64,000 nt of DNA. It comes from an uncultured Verrucomicrobiae bacterium. Its GTDB lineage: Bacteria; Verrucomicrobiota; Verrucomicrobiia; Limisphaerales; Palsa-1400. Shown here piece by piece: positions 29,168 through 40,724 of the stretch. The translations under genes were made by a program, and so were the position numbers. The notes beneath the pieces were generated by a model. The model was given only the letters and a program-made list of their open reading frames with translations. It did no database searches and was not told the DNA's origin. The stretch lies in the NCBI GenBank assembly GCA_963707025.1, contig CAVPOM010000007.1, forward strand, positions 416,001 through 480,000. The letters run 5' to 3'. Within the stretch, counting starts at the first letter, position 1; each line of letters starts with the position of its first letter.

Positions 29168-32100
29168 ATGAATACTCGGAAATCCGCCTGCTCCTGCCTT
29201 CGACTGTTTTTGTCAACGATTGCCAGTTGCGGTTTAGCCGCCGGTCTGGGAGCGCAATCGCTCATCAACGTTGACTTCGGCGCCGGCAGCCACAGCCTGA
29301 AAATGGGGTTTGCCGCCACTGGCCAAAGCACCAATGATGCCTGGAATCTGTTCCGCCTCTACGATCCCAAATACACGCCCGGCACGCCGCTGGTGTTCGG
29401 CGGCCGGCTCCCCGGCCTCAAGCTGGCCGAGGGAACGGCCACGGAGGTTGCCCTGGAAGTGACCAACGCCCCCGGCGTCTGGGGCAACGCCACCGGCGAT
29501 CCGATGTACGACTCCTATATCTTCGCCCCCGATGGCAGCAACATCGTGGTCACCCTCTGGAAATTGCCTCCGGGCCGTTACAATTTTTACCTCTACGGCC
29601 ACGCCGATCCGGATGCTTCCGGCGAGCAAACCAGCCTGTTCAAACTGCACAGCGCCGGGACCAATTATGGCCCGCTGACCACTTTGAGCAGCAGCGGCTG
29701 GAAGGCCTCCATGCCGTGGCAGGAAAATCATCAATACGTCGTCTTCCGCGATGTGGAGGTGGAGGCGGGCCTGCCGGTGGTCATTGAAGTTTTGCCGGGG
29801 CCGAATGGCATCGCCGTGCTCAACGGCTTGCAGATCAGTTCCAAAGGCACCAGCCCGCCGCGCCTGGCCGAGCACGGCCCGGTCAAGCCGGCCGGCGGCT
29901 TCACCAACCTGGTCATTCGCGAAATCCGCTACGACGGCAGCGTCAGCGACCACGAAGCGCGTTTCAGCGCCGCTTTGCAAATCGAGTCTTTCACCACCAA
30001 CGAAATATCCGCGCCGTTGTTTCAGGGAGATGTCGCGGTGGCGGCCGGGTCGTTGCCCGCCGGGGTGCGCCTGACCCGCGCGGGCGATCAATACAACCTC
30101 CGGGTCAACGCGCCCGGCGTTTACGACCTGAAATTGGAAGTATTTGCCAAGATCACCCGGGCCGAGCCGTGGAATCAAATCAGCTTCCAGGGACCGCCGG
30201 CGGCCATCGCCTCCATTCGCGCCCGGGCGGCGGGGGACGGCATCGAGATGCAGCTTCTGAGCGGGACGGCTCTGGAAAACGACAAAGTGGCCTCCCAGGT
30301 GGAAGGTTTTCTCAGCGCGGGCCGGGAGGTTTCGTTGCGCTGGCAGAGCAAGGCGGCGGAAGTGGCGCGCCACGCGCTGATTGCCGTCGAGACCAGGGCG
30401 GACGCGCAAGTCACTCCCACCGTCATCAAACTGACCACCGCGCTGCATTATGAGCTTTTGCAAGCCGGTGTGCCCCGCCTGCGCATCGCCCTGCCGGCCG
30501 GCCAGTCGCTCACCCGGCTGCAAGGCGAGCAAATCCGCGACTGGAAAGTGGAGTCCGACGGGGCGCAGTCGGTCCTGTCCATTGAGTTTATCAAGCCAGT
30601 CGAGAAGAAATACGAGCTGGCGCTTTATTCCGAGCAACCCATCGAGAGGATGCCTGCCGCGGCCGGGATCACCGCGCCGCAGCCGCTGGACATCGAGCGC
30701 GAATCCGGCTCCTTCACCATTGCCGCCGCCGACACGGTGGTGGACATCGCCGGAACGACGGGGTTGCGCCGGGTCAACGCCAGCGGCGAGGCGCTGGCGG
30801 CGTTCCAATTTTCCACCCGCCCGTTTTTGCTCACGGCCAATGTCAAACGGGTCGAGCCGGTTCTGACCGTGTTGGACCACGTCCTGGCGCGGCTGGAGGA
30901 GAGCCGCCTGTTGGTGGACCATTCTTTGGTGTTGACTGTGGAAAAGGCCGGCCTTTATACGATGGATTTCACTCCGCCGGCCAACTTTGCCGTGGCCGGC
31001 GTGCATGGCGACGGGGTGGAGGATTGGAAGGTGAGCGAAGGCCGGCTGCGCGTCGCCTTCGCCAGCCGCGTGCTGGGAGCGCGCAACTTGCAAGTGCAAT
31101 TGGAACAGGCCCTCAAGACTTTTCCCGCGCAAATCACGCTGGCGCCGTTGCGCGCCGCCGGGGCCGCGCACGAAAGCACGCTGGCCGGCGTCGCCGCCGC
31201 GCCGGGATTGCGCGTCAAAACCGGCGAAATGACCGGGCTGCGGGAGATTCCCGTCGCGCAGCTTCCAACCCGCAGCGACGAAGTGCTGGCCTTCACCGCG
31301 GCCCAGCCGGATTGGAATTTGACCCTGGCGAGCGAGCGCCTGCCCGCCCGCATCGGCGCGGATATTTTCAACCTTATCACCATCGGCGACGGGTTGGTGG
31401 GCGGCAGCGCGACGGTGCGATATGATTTGGTCAACCAAGGCGTGCAGGAATTTCATCTCACTGTGCCGGCGCACTGGAAGAATGTGGAATTCACCGGCCT
31501 GAACATCCGCAGCCGCGAGCCGGGCAGCAATGCCTGGACCATTCATCTTCAGGAGAAAGCCTGGAACGGCTACACCCTGGTGGTCACCTACGATTATCAA
31601 TTCGATGCGGCCAACGCCACGCTGGACGCGGCGGGCCTGCACACCCCGGAGGCCGAGCACGAAACCGGCTCCGTCGCCATCACCACCGCCGCCAGTCTCA
31701 AGGTCGGCGCGGCTCCCGTGGCCGAACCGTTGCGGGTGATGGACCAAACCGAACTGGCCGAGAGCGACCGCGCCCTGATAACCCGTTCGGTCCTCCAGGC
31801 TTATCATTACACCGGCCACGGCTATGAGTTGAAATTGAACGTGGCCCGCCAGCCGGAGGAAACGGTCCTGGAGGCCGTGGCGGACCGCACGCAATTGACC
31901 TCGGCCCTGACGGAGAGCGGGGAAATGCTGACCCAGGCCTCGTTCATGGTGAAAAACAACGGCAAACAATTTCAACGCTTTCAATTGCCGGCCAAGGCCG
32001 CCTTCTGGGGCTGCTACGTGGACGGCCAAAGCTCCAAAGCCGAGACGAACAAGGATTGGCTGCTGGTGCCGTTGCCGCAGCGCGCCAATCGCGACGAGGC

Positions 32101-35100
32101 CTTTGCGGTGGACATCGTCTATGCCCAGGACATTGGCGCAGTGCGTGGCCAGTGGTATCCCAGGAGAGTGGCGTTGCAAGCCCCCAAAACGGATCTGCCC
32201 AACACTTTTGCCGAGTGGGAGGTTTATCCGCCGGACGATTCCCACTTCTCCTCTTTTGCCGGGAGCATGACGGTGGCGCGGGGAACGACCTACGGCCTGC
32301 ACGATGCCTGGCGGCAGTTTTGCGATTTCTACGCGGGCGTTCTTTCCGAATATGGAGGGACGATGGCCATGGTCGGCGCCGTTGTTTTCGTTCTTATCCT
32401 GATGGCAGCATGGATGCGGAGCCGCAATTGGAGCGGGGTTGGCGCGGTGTTGCTGGTTCTGGTTGTCGTAGCGATATTGGCGGCCATGTCCGTTCCGAAT
32501 TTCGTCCGGGCACGCACATCCTCTCAGGCGAACAGCGCGATCAGCACACTCCGAATCCTGGACGGGGCCATGGGCCAATTTGAGCTTGAGAGCCACGGCC
32601 AGATTCCAGCCAGCTTGGACGACCTGAAACCGTACGCCGGCAGGGGTGAGGGCGGGGAGGATGCCTTTGTTGACCCATCCAGCGGGGCGGAATTCGTCTA
32701 TGTCGGAGCAGGCAAACCGCGAGGCGATCACAACGCCCTTATCGCTTACTCGCCGGTGGACCACAAGGGACGTTCTCGTCTTGCTGGGGGATGGCAGCAT
32801 CGAACAAATGTCCAGCGCCCAATTTGCCGAAGCCAAGGCGAGGGACCGGTCGGTTGCAGTTGCCGGTCAACCAGCAAGCGCAAATGTGGTTTTTGGTGGT
32901 CGTGGTGGAGGAGGCGGGGGCGGTCGCGCCAGCACCCCGATGAATGCCCCGGCAACGGCGGATGCGCCGCGGATGCAGTTGGCCAGCCCGCCCGGTGCTC
33001 AGGTGGCTCGGATTGCGGCGGAGCAACCTCCGGCCGTCGCTGCCCCTGCCGGTATTCCGGCGCCTCAAGCGCAGCGCGGAGGATTATTGGCCGCTGCCGC
33101 GGTTCCCACAGCGGCGGGGCTTCGTTCCATTCATATTGATATTCCGAAGCACGGCCAGCCGTTTACTTTCACCAAGGTCTTGAATACCGGCGGCGCACCT
33201 CTGGCCATTAAGATGTCCGTCATGAACGCCCGCATCTTTTCTGCCATGCGGTCGGCAATCCAGGTGGCGGCGTTTCTCCTTGGGTTGCTGCTCATCTGGC
33301 GGCAGCGGCGCCGCCGGAACAGCTTGCTCATCACCCTGGGAGTTGCCCTGGCCATCGGTGCCGTGGCCGAGTTGCTGCTCACAAACCGGGTCCTGCATCT
33401 CGCGCTCATCGTTGCCGTTCCCGTCCTGGCCCTGGCCATTCTGATCGCGATCCTGCGCACCATCCGGCCCAAAAAAGCCGCCGCAGGCGTGCCTGATTCC
33501 AACCCGCCGCCCCCGTCCGTCATCCCGCCGGTGGCCGCCTCCATCGGCCTGCTTCTGCTCCTCACCCCCTCCACACTGGCCCAGGACTCCGGCGCGCTCA
33601 ACGAAGCCGCCATCCGCAATCCGCAATGCACAATTGCCACCGCGTCCTACTCGGGCGCCATCGGCGAACACGTCGCCCAGTTTGAAGCCTCGCTTCTCCT
33701 GATCTCCGCCTCCACCAACCAAACGCTGCCTCTTTTTGCCGACGAGGTGGCGCTCCAGGATTTTTCCGTCAAGTCGGGCGAGGCCCGGCTGCTGCGGGAA
33801 AGCGGCCGGCTGTCGGTTCTCCTGCCCAACCGCGGCGAGGCCGCCATCACCCTGAAATTCGTCGTCAAACTGGGTGGCGATGTCACCAAGCGGCAATTGA
33901 GTTTTTCCCTTCCCCCGGCGCTGGCCAGCACGGTCAACGCCAGCATTGACGAGCCGGACGCCGAGGTGGAATTTCCCACCGCCGTGGCCTTCCAACACAC
34001 CCAAGCCGGGCGGCAAACGCGCATCGCGGCCACCGTCGGCTCGGAGGATCGGGTGGAAATCCTCTGGACGCCGCGCACCAAGCGGGCCAACGAAGTCGCC
34101 GCCACTATTTTCGTGGAAAACAATTCCCTGGTTGCCTTTTCCAGCGGCGTCATGAACGTGAACTGCACCCTGGACTACCAAATCAGCCAGGGCGAATTGC
34201 GCCAGGCCCGCGTCAGCCTGCCCGCCGGCCACCGTCTGTTGCGCGTGGAAGGAGAATCCATCCGCATTTGGCAATTTGAGGAGCACACAGACGCGCTTCC
34301 CCCGGGCGTTGGAGAAATCCTGGTGGTGGACCTGCTCAAGGGCGTTTCCCCAGGCTACAAACTTTCCCTTGAGACTGAAAAAACACTGGACTCATTCCCC
34401 GTCACCGCCACCCTGGCCATCCCGCACGCGCTGGAGGTCAAACGCGAAACGGGCCTGGTGGCCGCGCGCGCCGGCGAAGACTTGAGCCTGACGGTGGATC
34501 GCGCGGTGGATTTGCAGCGCGTGGACGCCTCGGAATTCCCGGGCGGGGCTGGCGTCTCGAACCTGTTCAGTGTCTGGCGTTTTCTTAACCCCGCCTTCGA
34601 CCTCGGCCTCAAAGCCGAAACCGTCCAGCCGCAGATCGAAGCGGTTGTCCACAACAATGTCAAAATCAGCCCCACGCAGGTCGCTCTTTCCGCCGCCATT
34701 GATTACACGGTCAAGCGCGCCGGCGTGTTTGCCCTCCAGGTCGCCCTGCCCGCCGGTTACACGCTGGATTCGGTGCAAGGCGACAACATCCTGCAATGGC
34801 AGCCGCGCCAGGCCGCCGCGGGCGCCGGCCAGGTCCTCGATGTTTCATTGAAGAACCGGCTGCTCGGCGCCTATTCCCTGCGCCTGGAACTGGCGCGCTT
34901 GCACCAGGAACTGCCCTCCACCGTCGCCATCCCGGGCGTCCATCCCTTGGACGCGCAGAAACTCTCCGGCTCCATTTCCGTCGCGGCTGAACCGGGGGTG
35001 GCCGCGAAAACCACCAACTTCGACGGGCTGACGGAAATTCCGGGGGCCAGCCTCGCCTCCGGCGCGAACACGGCCGCCGGCGTCCTGGCCTACAAATTCC

Positions 35101-36713
35101 TCAGCGCCCAACCCGGGGCCCTGCCCGACTGGAAACTGGATGTGGCCTGCGAAAAAATTGACCCCTGGGTCCGCGTGGAAATCGCCCAGATTATTTCCAT
35201 CTCCGACAACCTCCTCAACGGCTCGGCCATCGTCCGTTACGAAATTCAAAACGCGCCGGTCAAGGCCTTCCGCTTCAAGATTCCCGCCGACTGCACCAAC
35301 ATCGAATTCAACTGCCCCAACCTCCGCCGCCGGGACCAGAACCCGGCCAACGGCGAATGGAGCGTCGAACTGCAAAACGCGGTGTATGGCCAGTTCCAAT
35401 TCGCCATCACCTGGGAAAAACCGGTGGATCTCAAAACCAGCGCGCTGGACCTCCCCGGAATCCAGGCCCTCGGCGTGGAGCGCGAATCCGGGTTCGTCGT
35501 CGTCCACGGCAAGCCGGCCATGCAGGTCGCCGAAAAATCCAGCAGCGGCGAACTGATGAAGATGGACGCGAGCGAATTGCCGGACTGGACAGGCGGCGCG
35601 GCGGGCCAGGTGCTGGCCTGGCGTTACCTCCGGCCCGGCTACCAATTGAGCGTCCGCGCGGATCGCCTGGCCGATGCTGCCGTTCTCCAAGCACTGGCCG
35701 AACAAATGCGCCTGACCACCGTCGTCGCCGACGACGGCCAGATCATGACCGAAATGCGGCTGATGGTGCGCAACAACGGCTTGCAGCATTTGGAAATCGA
35801 ACTGCCGCCCGGTCACACGGTCTGGTCGGCCTTTGTGGGAGGCGAGGCCGTCCGCCCCGCCCTGAGCCAGGGCAAGTTGCTGCTGCCCTTGGAGGCATCG
35901 GACACCGCCGAGGACACGCCCGTCGCGGTGGAATTGACCTTCGTTGGCCAGGAGAAATTCCCCTCCGGCAGCGGGCAGGTTCATTTGATTTCGCCGCGCC
36001 TGAACGTGCCCTTGAACAACGCGCGCTGGGACCTGTATCTGCCGCCGGACTATGATTATCAAAAATTCGCCGGGAGCATGTCCCACGAAGCCCAGGCTGC
36101 GCCGGTGCTGCAAAGTTATTCCCTGAGCGAATACCGCGCCCAGGAAACAGAAAAGAAGGTCGCCAAACAGACCGCCGCCGCCAACTTCATCAGCAACGCC
36201 CGCCAAGTGCTGGCCAACGGCAATGTCATAGGGATCAATGGCCTCGACAATAACCAATTTAATCCCTCCTCCCTCAGCTTTGACTCCGCCACCCGCAGCG
36301 CGCTGGAGGACGTGAAACAAAACGTGGACCGCCTCCAGGCCAGCAACCTCCGGCAACAAAACCGCGTCTTTAACAATTATGGGAACATCGCCGTCGTGCA
36401 GGCGACCGCCAAATCCGAAGAAGACACGATCGCCCGGCAGCAATGGTCCAAACTGGCGCAAGCGCAGCAACTGGCCGTGGCGCGGGTGCAGCCGTTGCGC
36501 GTCAACCTGCCCACGCGCGGCCTGCATCATGGCTTCACCCAGATTCTCCAGACCCAGGTGGACAAGCCCTTGAGCATCCAATTCACCGCCGCCAACACCC
36601 GATCCGGTGGGCTGTTCCGGCAAGCGTTTGACTGCGCCCTGGCCCTGCTCCTCCTCTGGTCCATCGTAAAATTCCTCCTGGCCCTGCAGCGCGATGAGAG
36701 GAAGCCGGCATAG
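29168..36713 (+). CDS. Giant (~2500 aa) secreted/membrane protein with two homologous large modules and an internal pilin-like domain; frameshift near 32775
   Basis: ORF 29168 reads sensibly to AYSPVDHKG and continues as LVLLGDGSIEQMS in ORF 32646. Signal peptide, repeated beta-rich units, TM clusters. Confidence 0.8.
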
Positions 36714-36893
36714 GCGGCCAGCGCCGGCGGCGCGACATCTGTGTAGAACTCCGAAACCAAAAATCCTCAAGCCCCGTGCAGGGGCGGCATATTCGGGAAA
36801 TCAGTCCTCGCGGCTTTTACAAACGCTTTCGCAGCTTTTAGAAACTCGACGAAAAATTGAGGACAGAGGCGTTTTGCCTGTTGTCAAACCGAA

Positions 36894-37175
36894 CTATGGT
36901 TTGACGCGTTCGCTTTCATGCTCTCGCAGAGCCTTTATCTGCCGGCCGGCGATTATTTCTTTGCCAATGCCCAAGACAGCGAATGCCAGCCCTTCGATAC
37001 AAATGATTTTCCAGCGGCGGGTTTGTTGCTTCGAGGCCAGCAGTGCGCAAGTGGCAAGGACAAACAAGGCTGAAAAAAACGGCAGATCCGCCGGAGGCAT
37101 GCTCAGTGAGAAACAAACATACGGGAGCAGAATAAAGTAAAGGATCACCGACCATCGAAAAATGTGTTTGTTCAT
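36894..37175 (-). CDS. Small membrane protein downstream of kdpE
   Basis: 93 aa, three hydrophobic segments, ATG 4 nt after the kdpE stop. Confidence 0.55.
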   Translation of the reverse strand: MNKHIFRWSVILYFILLPYVCFSLSMPPADLPFFSALFVLATCALLASKQQTRRWKIICIEGLAFAVLGIGKEIIAGRQIKALREHESERVKP

Positions 37176-37179
37176 AAAA

Positions 37180-37881
37180 TCAAGCCTCCACCACCAGCCG
37201 GTAGCCGACGCCCGGCTCGGTGACCAGGAGCACGGGCTTGGCGGGGTTGGCCTCAATTTTTTCGCGCAGATACCCCACATAGACGCGCAACGGGCCGGTT
37301 TTGTCCGCTTCTTTCATGTCCCAAATTTCCCGCAGAAGCTGACCGTGGGTGAGGACTTTGCCGGCGTGGCGCACAAACATGAGCAGCAGGGAATACTCCG
37401 TGGCGGTCAGTTTCACGGTGCGGCCCTGCACCTTGACGGTGCGGGTGGTCAGGTCCACGGAAAGCGGGCCGGATCGGAACACTTCGGTCTTGGTCTGAGG
37501 CTGGAAGGAGCGAAGGATGACCCGCAAGCGGGCCAGAAGTTCGCCGGTGCCAAAGGGCTTGGTGATATAATCGTTGGCCCCGTTGTCCAAGGCGGCAATT
37601 TTGTCCTCTTCGCGGTAGCGCACCGAAACCACCAGGACGGGGACTTGGCTCCATTCGCGCAGACGTTTGAGCACGGCCAGACCCGGGAGGTCGGGCAGGC
37701 CCATGTCGAGCAGGACGATGGCGGGCTGGCAGCGGATGGCTTCCTGCAGACCGGTTTCGCCGCCGGCGGCTTCCACGACTTCGTAGCCGTTCATTTCCAG
37801 GCAGACGCGGAGGAGGCGGCGGATTTGCACCTCGTCATCAATGACCAAAATCACCGGCTTTTTCGAATCAGCCTCGTTCAT
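37180..37881 (-). CDS. kdpE: KdpE-type response regulator
   Basis: ILVIDDE, LLDMGLPD, GANDYITKPF, winged helix LTATEY..LL..GKVLTH, TEPGVGYRL. Confidence 0.93.
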   Translation of the reverse strand: MNEADSKKPVILVIDDEVQIRRLLRVCLEMNGYEVVEAAGGETGLQEAIRCQPAIVLLDMGLPDLPGLAVLKRLREWSQVPVLVVSVRYREEDKIAALDNGANDYITKPFGTGELLARLRVILRSFQPQTKTEVFRSGPLSVDLTTRTVKVQGRTVKLTATEYSLLLMFVRHAGKVLTHGQLLREIWDMKEADKTGPLRVYVGYLREKIEANPAKPVLLVTEPGVGYRLVVEA

Positions 37882-40583
37882 GCGACGCTCCGGGACTGTA
37901 ACGGAGGGGTGGGCCGGCTGGCCGCCTCGTGGCGCAACGGCAGACGAAGGGTGAAAACCATGCCGCCGCCCGCGCCGTTTTCGGCGGTGACGCTGCCGCC
38001 CTGGGCTTCGGCGAAACCTTTGACCAGCGAAAGGCCCAGTCCGGTGCCGCCGGTGGGGGCGTTGGGGGCGCGGTAGAATCTGTCAAAGATGCGGGGCAAA
38101 ATGCCGGGCGGAATTCCCGGGCCGCGATCGGCCACGACCAGGACCAGAGAACCGTCCCGGACGGAGGCGGAGACTTCGACGGGGGTGCCGGGCGGGGTGT
38201 GGCGGGCGGCGTTGGACAACAAATTGGCGAGGGCCTGTTGCGTCAAGACGAAATCCATCGGAACGAGCGGCAGGCCGGGGGCGATGCGGACGCTGAGTTG
38301 GTGGCGGGCCAGTCCTTCTTCGGTGTCGGCGACGGCCAGGTTGACCAGTTCGGAGACATCGCACTCGTTGACCCTGGGCTTGACGGCGCCGGATTCCAGG
38401 CGGCTGGCTTCCAGGACGTTGCCCACCAGGCGGTCGAGGCGGTCGGCGGCTTCGCGAATTTCGTCGAGCATTTCATCCTGGAGCGGGGAGAAATGGGACC
38501 GGCCCAGGGCGGCGAGATTGCCGGTGGCGCTTTGAATGGCGGCCAGCGGGGTGCGCATTTCGTGGGACATGGAGTCGAGGAGGGTTTTGCCCAGCCGCTC
38601 CGATTCGGCCAGCAATCTGGATTTTTCGGAGATTTCATTCAAGCGGTGGCGATCCAGGGCCATGGCGATCTGCTGGCAAAAGGCGTCGAGCAGGTGGCGC
38701 TGGCCGGGCGTGGGCGGGGAGGCGCGATGGAAACGGAGGCCGATGACGCCCATCTGCCCGCTGCTGGTGGCCAGCGGGACATACAGCGCCCCGGCCAGAG
38801 GCAGATTATCCGTGAACTTGCCGGCAGGCCGGCCGTGGGACATGACCCAGAGAGGAACGCGCTGGTCCGCGTCATCCGGCTGGAAGGCGCTGGCCGGGTG
38901 CGGGGTGAGAAGGTTTTGGGAATCAGGCAGGAAGACGGCAATGGCGGCGTCGAAGGCGATTTCCATCTGGCGCACCAATTGTTTGACCATGAGATCAAGG
39001 CTGGTGGAACGGTTCAACTCGGCGGCCAGAAGGTAAAGGGCGGTGGCGCGGGCTTCGCGCTGGCGTTCGGCTTCCTGCTGGGCGCGGATGCGCGCGGTCA
39101 ACTGCCCCAAGACCAAGGCCACAATAAAATACATGGCGAACATCATGGCGTCGCCAAATTGGGTGATGCGGAAGGCGAAGGTGGGCGTCAGAAAAAAGAA
39201 ATCCAACGCCAGCGCGCTCAGCGCGGCGGCAAAGAAGGCCGGCCCGCGCCGCACGAACACGGCGAGCAAGACGACGGCGAGCAGAAAGACCAGCGAAACG
39301 GTGCGCGGTTCCAGCAAGGGCCTGGAGAGCCAGGCCGCCGCCGTCACGCCGGCCACAACGCCCAACACCGTGACATATTGCATCAGGGTGGAGACGGTCA
39401 TCTTGCGTTCCGGGCGGGCGGCCCTGGCGCGTTCTTGTTTGTTGGCCAGAACCACCTGGACATCAACCTGGCCGCATCTCCGGATCAGGCGGCGCAACAT
39501 CAGGTCGCGTTGGAGGGCTTTCCACCACGGTCCGCCCAGCGGTTTGCCGACGGTGATTTGCGTGGCGTTTTGCTGTCCGGCAACGCGGAGGATGCCGGCG
39601 ACCGGATCGTCATCGGTGGTGATGATGACTTCAGCGCCCAATTCCTGGGCCAGGGCGAGGCTTTGGTTGAGCCGCATCTGTTCCTGCTCAGTGGGAGTGC
39701 GGGAGGTTTCGACATGGAGCACGACCCAGGAAGCGTTCAAACTGGCGGCCAGGCGGCGGGTGTGGCGCACCAGTTGCTCGGAATTAAGCCCCGATCCGAC
39801 GGCCGCGAGCAGGCGGCGGCCGGACTTCAAAGGGCCGGGGATGCGCCGGTTCTGCATGTGGGCGCGCACCTGCTGGCCGGCCCGTTCGCCAAACAAACGG
39901 GCCGTCATCTCGCGCAAAATGAGCAACGTGCCCTCCTGCCCGAAACCGGATTTTGTCAAATCGAATTCCCCCGCCTGGCCGGCCTGGGCCCGCTCCAGGC
40001 GCCGGAGCAATTCCCTGGGTGAAAGGTCCACCAGTTCCAGTTCCGCGGCATCCAGCACGGTGTCGGGGACGGTTTCGCCGGCGGCCAGGCCGGTCAATTC
40101 CCAGATCGCATCCGCGCGGCTGGCGACTTCGTGGATATTCAGGGTGGTGAAAACGTCAATGCCGGCTTCGAGCAGTTCCAGGACATCCTGATAGCGCCTG
40201 GGATGGCGGGCGGCGGGAGCGTTGGCGCGGGCCAGCTCGTCCACCACCGCCAGTTGCGGGCGGCGGGCCAGGGTGGCGTCGAGGTTCAAGCCGGCGCCCT
40301 GAGCGGCGGCGGGTTGCGCCGTCCGCGCCAGCGCGCCCTCAACCCAAGGCAACCCTTGCGCTCGCGCCATCGTCCCCGGCCAGCGCCCAACCTCCAGCGA
40401 GGCGATCACGACATCGCGGCCGGCGAGTTTTTCCCGGTGGGCGGATTGGAGCATGGCCTGGGTTTTGCCCACGCCCGGGGCCATGCCAAAAAAGAGGGTC
40501 AGCCTGCCGCGAGGCGGACGCGCGTCCGTATTATTGACGGGCGTCGTTGCCGGAGCGGGTGCAGGCGCAAGCACATCAGCCAT
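37878..40583 (-). CDS. kdpD: KdpD sensor histidine kinase
   Basis: GMAPGVGKT, VDELA..N, RYQDV.ELL.AGIDV, USP domain, four TM helices, GAF, SHEMRTPL, G.GLGL. Confidence 0.93.
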   Translation of the reverse strand: MADVLAPAPAPATTPVNNTDARPPRGRLTLFFGMAPGVGKTQAMLQSAHREKLAGRDVVIASLEVGRWPGTMARAQGLPWVEGALARTAQPAAAQGAGLNLDATLARRPQLAVVDELARANAPAARHPRRYQDVLELLEAGIDVFTTLNIHEVASRADAIWELTGLAAGETVPDTVLDAAELELVDLSPRELLRRLERAQAGQAGEFDLTKSGFGQEGTLLILREMTARLFGERAGQQVRAHMQNRRIPGPLKSGRRLLAAVGSGLNSEQLVRHTRRLAASLNASWVVLHVETSRTPTEQEQMRLNQSLALAQELGAEVIITTDDDPVAGILRVAGQQNATQITVGKPLGGPWWKALQRDLMLRRLIRRCGQVDVQVVLANKQERARAARPERKMTVSTLMQYVTVLGVVAGVTAAAWLSRPLLEPRTVSLVFLLAVVLLAVFVRRGPAFFAAALSALALDFFFLTPTFAFRITQFGDAMMFAMYFIVALVLGQLTARIRAQQEAERQREARATALYLLAAELNRSTSLDLMVKQLVRQMEIAFDAAIAVFLPDSQNLLTPHPASAFQPDDADQRVPLWVMSHGRPAGKFTDNLPLAGALYVPLATSSGQMGVIGLRFHRASPPTPGQRHLLDAFCQQIAMALDRHRLNEISEKSRLLAESERLGKTLLDSMSHEMRTPLAAIQSATGNLAALGRSHFSPLQDEMLDEIREAADRLDRLVGNVLEASRLESGAVKPRVNECDVSELVNLAVADTEEGLARHQLSVRIAPGLPLVPMDFVLTQQALANLLSNAARHTPPGTPVEVSASVRDGSLVLVVADRGPGIPPGILPRIFDRFYRAPNAPTGGTGLGLSLVKGFAEAQGGSVTAENGAGGGMVFTLRLPLRHEAASRPTPPLQSRSVA

Positions 40584-40724
40584 GAAAGGAACATTAAAGG
40601 CAAACGGCCGGATGAAAAATGAAAAATGCGGCACGAGATGAACCTTGACGCCGGCGGCCGCTCTGCCATCCTGCCGGGCGTGGCGCCAGCTCAGAAACCG
40701 GCAGCCTGAAAGACAGCCCTTCCT

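Noticed and set aside
32760..32795. Programmed ribosomal frameshift in the giant gene
   Set aside because: No slippery heptamer is evident, and similar indels occur throughout the window
29234..32836. 1200-aa minus-strand ORF
   Set aside because: Antisense shadow of the giant plus-strand gene
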